Below, piece by piece: positions 50,464 to 64,000 of a stretch of DNA of 64,000 bases. A program made the translations under genes and the position numbers. The stretch is from the human T2T-CHM13v2.0 reference genome, Homo sapiens. Every line of letters starts with the position of its first letter. Positions within the stretch are counted from its first letter, which is position 1. The notes under the pieces are model-generated. The model was given only the letters and a program-made list of their open reading frames with translations. It did not search any database and was not told where the DNA came from. The stretch lies in assembly GCF_009914755.1 (NCBI RefSeq), contig NC_060925.1, one strand, 5' to 3'.

Positions 50464-50528
50464 CATTTTTGCTTTCCTTCAAAATCAAAGAAGCTTGGTT
50501 TAGGAGTATTACAATTTCCAACTTTGAC
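50464..50528 (-). CDS. ACBD6: ACBD6 coding exon 2 (65 nt)
   Basis: Acceptor ttccttccctcatttag|GTCAAAG and donor AAATG|gtaaga. Encodes VKVGNCNTPKPSFFDFEGKQK(W), continuing the ACB domain in frame. Confidence 0.96.
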
Positions 50529-52457
50529 CTAAATGAGGGAAGGAAAATCAAGAACTTATTTTTCAAAGAAATGTCTGGGAAACTTTTCCTTTTCAAATGT
50601 ATTATGTATATTCAGTAACCATAGGTTGGAAAATATTTGCATCTATATGGAATAGCAAAATTTAACATTCTTTGCCAAAGCAAACAAAAACAATCAAACA
50701 GAATCAAACATTACATACAGCCTACTTTGGCTTACTGCATAAAACAACTATTATCTAATACTGTAATACAGAAAAACTGTGATAAACGGTTGCACTTCGA
50801 AGTTAGTAGACTATATATAAGACAAGTTATCAATATAGATTAAATACTCTTTATTACCATGTATAAAGTAAAAGAATTTTTAATATGAAATTAATAAGGT
50901 TTAGAATTCATAATTTATCAGAATTCATAACACTGTTTCTTCATGCTGATTCTCATAACGCTATTAGCATTTTAACTCTCCAAAATTCCAGGGAAAACAG
51001 TGTACTACTTTTAAAGTACCCTATTATGAAATTCATCAATATAAATTTGGATGCCAAAAGCCATGCAAAAAATTTCATGGGTTCTCAAAAATACAATTCC
51101 GTTTTTCTACAATAGTCTTATCATCTTTTGTTTGAGGTCAATACTTAATTTTAATCCTCAACCGACATTTGTAGTTAAACTGCACAGTGAAATTTTCATT
51201 AAGAATAAGCATAAATGAAATTCACACAAGTGCAGAATTCACTATACAGGCCCTGATTCCCACTGCCAGAAGTCATCTTCCTTCCTTATGAACTCTCAGA
51301 GCATTTACTCTATATATCTTTTATGGTACTTTTCACTTTTTCTACCATGTGTTTAGAAAGTTTTGTGTAAAGTCTCATCTTTCTATTAGAATAGAGCCTG
51401 TAACTGTTCTTAACTCATCCACAGAACCTATCTACTTCTCAGGGATTTTCCCACTGTTTCCCATTACTCTAACTGATGCCTTCATCTAACCAGAATGATC
51501 TACTGACTGCCTTAGGTATTCCTAGTTCAGGGTTTTGCTTGTTACTCCACTCACCTGAAATGCCTTTTCTTCTTTCCTCAGCTTTTCAAGATGCTGCACG
51601 ACCTTCCAGTTCTACTCAAATTTCAGATTCTAAGAACCCTTTCAGTCTACAATGATCTCATCTACCTCTGAATTCATAACAATTACCACCTCTATCATTT
51701 GCTTAGCGATTAATTGCATGGCCCTATGCTGTTATTAAAATGTATACTTACATAGAAGCAGCCCTGTTATGATGGAATAGAGAGAAGAAAGGGTGAAAAA
51801 GAAGGAGCCACATTTCTTGAACAATCACGATAGACCAAACACTTCACATATTTTATCTCAAATGGGCCAAAAAAAAAATCCTGCTAGGTATGCCATCACA
51901 AACTCATTTTATAAATGAAGAGAGAAGCTCAGGAGGGTTGTCTCAGTTCACACATTAGTATATCCTGAATTAGTAGTCCGGATTTAAATCAAAGAGTGTT
52001 TGACTCCAAAGCTCAATATCCCTTTACTACATCATTCTGTCTTAAATGCTAAATAGAGTCTGGGCTTCAATTCTGGACTCTCTAAAATCACATGAACTAC
52101 CAGACTGTTAGAAATAATAAATGAGATAAATTATACAAACTTTAAGACATAAAAATAGCAATTATAACTATTTTTGTTTTTTATCCAGACACTATCCAGT
52201 GGCAGAAACAAATGCCAATAGTTCTCCATTTCTCCTATAGTAACAGAAGTCTCAGCTGGACACATGATCATCCGGCTAAACATTATACATGGCCATCCAA
52301 CTTCTGCCTAGGTTCTGGGGACTGGATGTGTGGAAAAGTGATACAAATACCTTCCTTAAAAAGAAAAGGAGCTTGTCTTCCCCTTTCCCTTTGCTCTGGA
52401 TAGGATATACATGTGGTGATGGTAAGCCACCTCTGACCATGAAAAAGGAACTTAGGG

Positions 52458-53578
52458 CAGCAGTTTTCAAATTTTTTAGTCTTGTAATCCCTTTATACTC
52501 TCAGAAATTAAGGATCTTAAAGAGCCATCATTTATATGGGTTATATCTATCGATATTTACCACATTAGAAATTAAAACTGGGACATTTAAAAAATGTGTA
52601 TTAATTCATTTAAAAATAATAAACCCATTAGATGTTAACATAAATAACATTTCATGCAAAATAACTACATATTCTAAAAAAAATTAGTGAGAAAAGTAGC
52701 ACTGTTTTACATTTTTTAGTTTTTTTAATGTCTCGCTTAGTAGAAGCCAGTTGCATTTGCATATCTAATGCTGCATCCAGTCTACTGCAATATGTTGTTT
52801 TGGTTGAAGTATATGAAGAAAATTCGGCTTCACGCAGATATGTTGTTAGAAAGAGAGAGAAGTATTTTAGCAGCATTTTCAGATAATTGTAGATATTCTT
52901 CTTTGATACTATGCCAAAACCTAACAGATGGTAGTTTAAGGTCAGTTGCAACGAGGAATCTGAACTCATATCAATGAATTTTTCATACTGTTAACACTGA
53001 AATCCATTGGTCTGACTTGCACTTTGAAAGGCATCTTTTACCAACACATAATTTGTAACATCATTCCATGAAATATTTAGAAAATATGGTTTACTGAGTT
53101 ACACAGACTTTTCAAATGTTGACACATTTCATGATATAACAGCAAACGTTCACATTCATGACTGTCACCACTTATCTCATCAAAAAAAGTTTTTAAGTAC
53201 TGGGAAGCTGTCAAGCTCATGGTGGCAGATATAGATTTTCCAAATTTCTCATTTTCACTTGAAGGTTCAAATGTTATTACTGGCAACAAACACTTTGAGT
53301 TGTTTTCCTTGAAGTGACAGGCTTATTTCGTTCATTTTTAAGAAACTACCTGCCAAATACCCAAATTTGAGTAGGTATAATTATCTGTGAGTTGTTCTGT
53401 TAAGTAAAATTGGAAAAGAATATAGTTCATTTTGCGACTCAGAAATTACACAAGTGCTTTTCCTCAAAATAGTTAACATAATTCAGTATGCAGCAGAAGT
53501 ACTTTGTGTGTACTTCCCATCTCATCACACAAAATGTAAGACTTGACTCAAGGGTTAATATTTAATAAAGTAGTATTA
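52458..53578 (-). mobile_element. Charlie1-like hAT DNA transposon relic
   Basis: Minus-strand ORF remnant YLREAEFSSYTSTKTTYCSRLDAALDMQMQL resembles the hAT C-terminal dimerisation motif; terminal cagttttcaaa. Confidence 0.8.
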
Positions 53579-53579
53579 A

Positions 53580-53875
53580 GGCACGGTGGCTCATGCCTGT
53601 AATCCCAGCACTTTGGGAGGCCAAGGCAGGTGGATCACCTGAGATCAGGAGACCAGCCTGGTCAACCATGGCCAACATGGTGAAACCCCATCTCTACTAA
53701 AAATACAAAAATCAATCAGGTGCGGTGGCAGACACCTGTAATCACAGCTACTCGGGAAGCTGAGGCAAGAGAATAGCTTGAACCTAGGAGGCGGAGGTTG
53801 TAGTGAGCCCAGATTACGCCACTGCATTCCAGCCTGGATGACAGAGCAAAACTGTCTCAAAAAAAAAAAAAAAAG
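53580..53875 (+). mobile_element. AluS in intron 1
   Basis: Dimer with a local rearrangement in the left arm; TSD aaagta(g/t)tattaa. Confidence 0.88.
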
Positions 53876-54968
53876 TATTATTAAACAGTATCTTATGAAG
53901 TCAACAGGAATTCACAAATTTTCATTACTCTCCAGTTTTCACAGCTGTCAATTAGCTATCTTTAGGAGGGAGAGTGTAGGCTGATGTAAAGAAGGACCAA
54001 AAAATTGTTCATTCGATTTTGTTAAAACTTTATTAAAAGATTATTCTGAAGCCATAGGCTTATCTGAGACTAATAAAGCTATGATGCTAAGTTTAGAGTT
54101 CTCCCTGAGAAAATAAGGTTCATATTTCAGCTTATTTTTATTATCTTCCTGCCAACAACCTCATCCAGCCTACAAAATAGGGTGCTATTCTGAATACAAA
54201 ACGTTATTTTATAAATTTTGATCCAATATGCAGAAATGATATTGGACTTCCAACTTTATTATTCTATCAAAGATGCTATTCTTAACACTATCTCACAATT
54301 TTGTCAAAAATATTTAGGAGATTGATGAAAACTGCGGCCCAGTGTCATATATAAGTAAGCATATTATTCTCTAACAATGCAGAATTTTATTTTCAGATAC
54401 AGAATATCTCTAAACACCATAAAGTCAAGTTCTTGAAAGGATGAGGGACATCCCTCCTTCATATTATCTGGATGAAGTGAGTATACCTGAGACAAAATGG
54501 TTCCCAAGTCGATAGGTGACTACAGTTCACTGATGACTTAGAAATATAGTATTTTAATAATGACACCAATATCAATAAACAAAGATATGTCCTAGAACGA
54601 AAAATAATATTTTCTAGGGAATTTGGGGAAAATTAGTCTCATACTGCCCAGAGAATCATCAGACATATTACAGGTCCTAAAATATGATTCTCAGTAAATA
54701 TTTGTTAAATAATCAAAAGTTTCACTCTAATGTTATTAGGACAAAGTATAACAAATGACCAAAGAGAAAACAGATATCTACAACTTTTCCAAGAAAGCTA
54801 ATTCCAAGGCCAATTTGGAGGTAATTTTCATTCGACACTATAATTTATACCATTTGTTCCTACAGCTTTCTCTCTCAGGTCACATTAACTGATATTCATA
54901 ATAATGACCATCAACCTTCAAAACAAGGTTCATTTTTACTCAGTACATCCAGTTTAAGAACACAGTGG

Positions 54969-55151
54969 GGCTGGGCATGCGGGATCATGTCTGTAATAAC
55001 AGTACTTCAGGAGGCGTAAGCAGGAGGATCGCTTGAAGCCAGAAGCTTCAAGGCTGCAGTGAGCTATGAGTGTGTAACTGCCCTCCAGCCTGAGCAACGA
55101 AACAAGATCCTGTCTCTAAAAAAACTTTTTTAGTTAAAAAAAAAAAAAAAA
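54969..55151 (+). mobile_element. FAM/FRAM monomer
   Basis: Single diverged monomer; TSD aagaacacag. Confidence 0.78.
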
Positions 55152-55334
55152 GAACACAGCAGGACCTCTCCCCCAACTTATTTTTCCTTTAACAAATACA
55201 GGGGAAAATATGTAACTATGTCAAGAGGCAAAAAGAAAAAAAGGTTACACATTTTTAATAAAACAAAATAGGCTATTATCCAGAATTTCCTTTCCTCTAG
55301 TGTTTCAAAGAGCTGTAATTTTCCTGAACTGTTA

Positions 55335-55855
<521 letters not shown>

Positions 55856-55857
55856 TG

Positions 55858-55914
55858 AGTGTCATGATGTTTTTGCTTCTCTGCAAAGTGTCATGATGTT
55901 TTTGCTTCTCTGCA
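55858..55914. repeat. perfect 28-bp tandem duplication (period 29)
   Basis: agtgtcatgatgtttttgcttctctgca twice. Confidence 0.9.
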
Positions 55915-56341
55915 TTCTCTGTAGGCATTATACCCAAGTGTCTTGCACATAAAAGCTGCTGAACAAATATATGTTGCTTATGATAAAGCAATTATTTTCC
56001 TTCTGGTACCAACCAATGTCACCCTGAATTATAAATTAAACGTGTCTATACACCTCCCTATTTCCAGGTAAAGTTCACAGCCTTAGACTGAGTCAGGAGC
56101 TACAATCCAGTTCTGACTGATGTATTTGTATGACCCTAGGAAAGGTGCCTACTCTCTATGGCCTTCAGTTTCCTTTACTGTAAAAGAAGGGCATTATTTC
56201 CTCTGGTGTTCATAGCTCTAAAATTTTTAGATTGTATCAAACAGAAAGGAAGACATACTCAACGAAAACATAAATCAAAGATATTTAGGATTTTATAAAA
56301 ATCACAATAAAAGTTGTAATACTGCATTTTGCATTGCATCA

Positions 56342-56617
56342 CATTATTATTATTATTATTTGAGGTGGAGTTTCTTCGCTCTTGTTGCCCAGGCTGGAGT
56401 GCAATGGCGCACAATCTTCGCTCACCGCAACCTCCGCCTCCTCAGCCTCCCGAGTAGCTGGGATTACAGGCATGCGCCACCACGCTCGGCTAACTTAGTA
56501 GAGACGGGGTTTCTCCATGTTGGTCAGGCTGGTCTCCAACTCCCGACCTCAGGTGATCCTCCCGCCTCGGCCTCCCAAAGTGCTGGGATTACAGCCGTGA
56601 GCAACCACGCCCAGCCC
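56342..56617 (-). mobile_element. AluSp-like with internal deletions
   Basis: gtttctccatgttggtcagg...ctcccgacctcagg; (TTA)n tail; TSD acattatta. Confidence 0.85.
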
Positions 56618-57043
56618 TGCAACACATTATTACAATCCTATTATCTTTTTGGATCTCTATATAGTTTTATTAACTTTACCGTATTTACTTCCATGTGGCC
56701 CTCTGGGAAAGAGTAAATGAATGATATATCCTATTTTATCCTCATTTTGTAAAGGTTCTTGGGCTGGTAAAATGCAAGATCACTGAATAAGTCAGAGAAA
56801 AAAACACAAAAACAATGTCCAGTGTCCAGCTAAATAAACATCACTCCTAAGAAAGCAAACATCTTTTCCACGTTCAGGATGATGCTCATCCCCAGCAGAT
56901 GGTCAAAAAAAAAAAAAAAAAACAAAATACACATACACAAGCTTCATTACACCTAGCTATTAACCATACATGCTTGCTATCAGTTGTTGAGGAAGAAGGC
57001 TCCGTGTCTTTCTCCCCCATCCACCCTCTCCCTGCTACTTTAC

Positions 57044-57265
57044 CTGTTTGTACCTGGCATACAGGTACAAGAGCTGCTCCCTGCTGGCCACCTGAATCAG
57101 GCCTTGCAGGTGCGCGGCAGCCTTCTCAAACAGCTCGGCCAGGCAACTGGTCTCCTCGATCTCAGGGCTATGGGGGAACTCCACCTCCCCGGAGTCGTCC
57201 CCTGAGCTCAGCTCTCCACCGCTGTCGCCGGTGATGGCCCCCGCGGGCAGGAATGATGAAGCCAT
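57044..57265 (-). CDS. ACBD6: ACBD6 coding exon 1 (codons 1-74)
   Basis: Translates to MASSFLPAGAITGDSGGELSSGDDSGEVEFPHSPEIEETSCLAELFEKAAAHLQGLIQVASREQLLYLYARYKQ, recognised as the ACBD6 N-terminus with the ACBP-type LY..YKQ motif. ATG is in strong Kozak context (GACATGG). Donor CAG|GTAAAG at 57044/57043; 222 nt, phase 0. Confidence 0.97.
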
Positions 57266-57406
57266 GTCTCCTTGCTCGCTCCGTCCCTCTGTGTCCGGTC
57301 TGTCCTCCTTGGATTGGGTGTAAGGCCGGCTTGGAGGCCTGGCCCACCAGTCTGGGTCGCGAGCCTGAGCTCCAGTCGGACCCAAGCTCAGTCGCGGCGC
57401 GCTCCC

Positions 57407-57415
57407 TCACGTGAC
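57407..57415 (-). promoter_or_regulatory. E-box GTCACGTGA (USF/MiT-TFE CLEAR-like)
   Basis: Plus strand TCACGTGAC inside the CpG island, about 140 bp upstream of the ATG. Confidence 0.55.
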
Positions 57416-57624
57416 CCTGCTCCCTGCCCACTTCTACTCCCTGGGCGTGCAGAGCAGGCTCCTCGACCCTCTGCCGCTCTGCCCAGTCGACCCGGTCTCC
57501 TCCGGCTTCCCTCCGGCCAACAGCGCGCTCAGGCTCGCCTCAGGCCCCTCCAACGGAACAGGAGTCGAGGGGCAGTGAGGCCGGGATGCGTGCGAGCGCG
57601 GGGCGCGGCTGGCGCTGGGCCGTG

Positions 57625-57634
57625 GGGGCGGGGC
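57625..57634 (+). promoter_or_regulatory. GC box (Sp/KLF)
   Basis: GGGGCGGGGC consensus in the CpG island. Confidence 0.6.
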
Positions 57635-57879
57635 GGCGTGCGTGCCAGCGGCGTGCGATTCTGTGAGGCCTGCTCTGCGCCGGCGGGGAAGCGCGGGCGA
57701 CGCTACGCTGGACGTCCTTCCCTGCCGGAGGAGAGAAAGTGCCGTCAGCTGTAGGGGCGTCTTTTAATCGTTTCGCTGAAATTAGCAGTCCCGAGCTCCG
57801 GAGCCCGCCACCGGGATGGGCCCCCGGGGGTGGGGGAAGGAGGCCGTTTGTGTGGTAGTGTAGCGGTGAGAGCGGAGTC

Positions 57880-57887
57880 GCGGGAAA
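57880..57887 (-). promoter_or_regulatory. E2F-type site TTTCCCGC
   Basis: Plus strand GCGGGAAA in the CpG island. Confidence 0.4.
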
Positions 57888-58619
57888 CGCGAGGCTGAGG
57901 ACTAAGGTTCCGCCTGCCCCAGATTGTGCGCCCCAAGCGCCTCCAAACAGCCCTGCGCGCGGATCTGTTGCGTGCGCGTTGGGCTCTGTGTTGAATAATG
58001 AAAAACTGCGAGATGGGGCTGTCCCGTCTTACTGTGTGACTGATGAGTGGAATCACTGCTCTGCGTGTTTCGCTCTCCACACCTTCGGAGCCCGCACCTC
58101 TCCGGGCCCTGAATAATAGGGTTTGGGGAGTTCGGGGCGCGCCTTAGCCCAGTTCTCATCCCGAGCTCTGTCTTTGACACTGTGCTTTGTAGACACTGTA
58201 CAGTGAAACCAGAAGTACGGCACAGTTCGGCCCTAGAGGAATGCACAAAACTATTTTTTTAACTGTAACATTATGAGTGGTTATGTCCTAAATGTTAAAC
58301 ACAACGACGCACTATATATTCATTTAGTATTCAAAACAATGTAATAAGCACTATAAGAAGGGTACAAAGAAAGTGTTGTAAACAGTGGTTATTGACTGGG
58401 GTTAGGCTTGCGACGGGTGGACGGACGGCTGGACAGGATGAGGAAGCAATGAGAGAACACAGGAAGGTGAGAAAGCTTGCATCAGGATTCAACAGACATT
58501 CCTTAAGTCTCCAGAAAGTTCCACTGTTAGTCCCTGCTGTCAAGGTGCTCGCAATCCAGTCAAAGGGATGTTTAATGACCAAATTCTTGCAATTAAAAAG
58601 TGATTAAGAATAATGTATT

Positions 58620-58740
58620 GAGGACTTGATCATTACAACATAAGGTAGGTACTCTTATTTTACTACACATAGGAAATCAGCACAGAGTGGTTAAGTAACT
58701 TGTCAAAGGCTACACAGCTAGCAAATGGAGGAGCAAGGAA
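58620..58740 (-). mobile_element. MIR fragment
   Basis: ggttaagtaacttgtcaaaggctacacagctag. Confidence 0.7.
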
Positions 58741-58839
58741 AAAGAAGTTAGCTTTCATGTGGGGTAATAATGGATGATGAACCCGACAAGTAGACTGAAG
58801 GAGATATAACATGGACTTTTATATCTTTGTTTCTAGAAT

Positions 58840-59900
58840 TTTTATTAAAGTGAGAATTGAATATTATCAACGGCTTTTTTGGCATCTTTGGAGATTATCT
58901 GCTTTTCTCCTCTAGTCTTCGAAAGGAATTATATTAACAGTTTCTATTTTAATGAATTATATTAACAAAAATAAATTTGGGATTTAATGAATTATATAAT
59001 AGCTAACATTGATAAATTAGTATGCATTATTTCAAAACCTCCTAGTTTTGAGCATTACTTCTGTTCTTGGAATAAACCCATTCTGGTCCTGGTTTGGTTT
59101 TTTTAAAAAATTTGTAGGTTCAGTTTGCTAATATTTTCATTATCTTTACAGTTCCATTTAAAGATGTCATTAACCTATAGTTTTCCTTTTCTATACTTTC
59201 TCAATTTTGTATCAAGGTAATAGAATCCTTGTAGAATGCATTTAGAAGTTTTCATCTTTTTCTGTATTCTGGAAGAGTTTACATAACATGGGAAAGAGAG
59301 CAACCAGAATTCTTTTACACTGCTGGTGTGAGCATAAATTGGTACAATCACTGTGGAAAAATGTTTGGCACTATCTACTAAAGCTGAACATAAATATACA
59401 ACAATTCGACTCCTCCCCAGCGGGAATATATACATGGCATTCACCAAAAACATGTACGAGAACATTCATAGCAGCACTATGAACTAATTCCTAATTGCTC
59501 CAAACTGGAAGCTCCTGAATGTCCATCAACACTAGAATGGAGATAAACTGGTGTGCTTACATGATGGAATACTATTCATCAGTGAGAATGAACTAATTAC
59601 AATGACACAGAATAACATGAATGAATCTCAAACATAATGTTGAGTATAAGCCTATACTCAAAAAAGTGCATATTACATGTTTCTAGTCATAAAAAATTCA
59701 AAATCAGGCAAAACTAATCTGTGGTGTTAGACTCAGGATAGTGGGTAACCTCAGGGTTAGTGATCTGAAGGGTGCATGAAGGGGACTTCTGGAAGTTGGA
59801 TATGTTGTTTCTTAAGCCGAACATTAGTACACTGATGTGTTCACTTTATGAAAATTCATTTATAATTTATGTACTTTTCTGTATGTATATTTGAATGAAA
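58840..59900. mobile_element. ancient L1M: antisense ORF2 piece (58840-59288) abutting sense 3' end (59290-59900)
   Basis: Degenerate L1 motifs in opposite orientations meeting at ~59289. Confidence 0.6.
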
Positions 59901-59920
59901 AATGTATTATAAAACTAACA

Positions 59921-61405
<1,485 letters not shown>

Positions 61406-61531
61406 CTTGAGAAGCTTTTATTTCTTGAAGAGTCTATCGAAATCCCAAAACTCTCAGGATCTGGTGACACTGAGGAGACAGATATTTTACCATTAGTGTT
61501 TCCCTTCACCCATTTTTTGGGAAAGATAGTA

Positions 61532-62802
<1,271 letters not shown>

Positions 62803-63429
62803 TTTATGTTTCTTTGAATCCCAAGAAAAATCAGCCAAGAAATCAGGAAGTCAAAAGAAAGTATTACAGTTCTGCAGGAATTGAAGTTTAGCAGTCAACA
62901 TACACTGATTCAAACAAACCCGCTAACAAGTGAAAAGCAATGGCAGGAAACACTGACAAATGGAGTCTAAAGTGAGCAGAAAAAGGAGCAGGCAGGAAAG
63001 AAGTAGTGAAGATCTAATCAGTCTGGCTCATGATGGTGGCCATGTTGCATATGGTGTTCACAGCCCCATCTTCTGGTAACAATGAGTCATTCTTGCAAGT
63101 AAAATAAATATTGATGACATGATATGCATAATAAATAAAATTCTATGAGTCATGTTCTAAGAAATTAGAAGCAAAATAAGTCCTCAAACTGGCAATTTGT
63201 TTAAGTGATGCTGAGTAGTTCTATTAACCTTGCTAGAAGGTCTGAATGTTATGTTATTAGAATACTACCCAACAATGTTGTGGCATTTTCCAGTGTTTAT
63301 ATTCATTATAAACTACAGTTCTAAGTATTTCAAGAAGAAATGCAAAGAGAAAAATATGTGATTGTTGTAAAATGCTTCCCAACATAACATCTGAACTGAT
63401 CTAAACATCTGAATTAACAAAAGTCATAA

Positions 63430-64000
63430 TGAGAGGTGACGACCTACTGGCAGCCCTCACAGAGGGCTGGCTGTCAGCACCTCCTCGGCCTCGGCAGTGC
63501 TTGAGGAGCCCTTCAGCCTGCCGCTGCACTGTGGGAGCCCCTCTCTGGGCTGGCCAAGGCTAGAGCCGGCTCCCTCTGCTTGCAGGGAGGTGTGGAGGGA
63601 GAGGAGCAGGCTGGAACCGGGGCTGCGCGTGGCGGTCGCAGGCCAGCGTGAGTTCCAGGAGGGCATGGGATCTGTGGGCCCTGCACTTGGAGCGGCAGAC
63701 CGGAAACACTGGCCCCGGGCAGTGAGCGGCTTAGCACCTGGGCCAGCAGCTGCAGAGGGTGGGCCGGGTCCCCCAGCAGTACCGGCCCACCGGCACTGCA
63801 CTCGGATCCTCACAGGGCCGCAGCTGCTTCCCTGCAGGACAGGGCTCAGGACCTGCAGCCCACCATGCCCGAGCCTTCCCCCACCCCGCCATGGGCTCCT
63901 GCGCAGCCCTAGCCTCCCCAACGAGTGCCGCCCCCTGCTCCGCAGCACCCGGTCCCATCTACCGCCCAAGGGCTGAGGAGCCCGCAGGCACGCAGCGCTG
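63430..64000 (+). mobile_element. LTR12 (ERV9/HERV9) U3 region, continues past window end
   Basis: tgagaggtgac...gcttgaggagcccttcagcc.gccgctgcactgtgggagcccct..ctgggctggccaagg; GC-rich LTR12C/D/E-type 5' end. Confidence 0.92.

Larger units (their letters stand above)
57100..58150. promoter_or_regulatory. CpG island promoter / 5'UTR of ACBD6
   Basis: High GC and dense unmutated CpGs, unlike the AT-rich CpG-depleted surroundings; overlaps the first exon; no TATA box seen. Confidence 0.92.

Noticed and set aside
52652-53289. hAT transposase-like ORFs as a domesticated gene
   Set aside because: Short, fragmented C-terminal remnants within a Charlie relic.
57272-57754. 160-aa plus-strand ORF (and 57745-58246 minus-strand ORFs) in the promoter
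   Set aside because: Pro/Arg/Ala/Gly-rich with no domain, mostly non-ATG starts; expected from stop-codon scarcity in a CpG island.
63457-63976. 159-170 aa ORFs on both strands
   Set aside because: Lie entirely in GC-rich LTR12 U3; open on both strands, so an artefact.

Overview
Human (primate) genomic DNA containing the 5' part of ACBD6 (acyl-CoA binding domain containing 6) on the minus strand. Recovered directly from the sequence: a CpG-island promoter (~57.1-58.15 kb), coding exon 1 (57265-57044), exon 2 (50528-50464) and exon 3 (47371-47275). All have GT-AG junctions and splice in frame to codons 1-128 (N-terminus plus the ACB domain). Positions 1-47274 are part of a very long intron 3; the ankyrin-repeat exons are not in the window. 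The rest is mostly transposon-derived: about 35 Alu/FLAM/FRAM elements, a near full-length old L1PA, a 3.5 kb L1PA7-like copy, L1M/L2/L3/MIR relics, solo LTRs (THE1, MLT1, MER50-like, LTR12) and DNA transposon relics (MER85, MADE1, MER44, Tigger2, Charlie1). Nearly all ORFs in the supplied track are repeat-derived or GC-rich artefacts. I found no convincing new gene or biological system. The best leads are a 162-nt exon 2-3 unit flanked by inverted Alus that would form a stop-free circular ORF, a young-L1 sequence patch inside an older L1, an Alu/L1 fusion without TSDs, an AluYa5-lineage insertion, a MER85 with intact ends, and an LTR12 facing away from the promoter. Repeat subfamily names come from recalled consensus sequences, and repeat boundaries are approximate.
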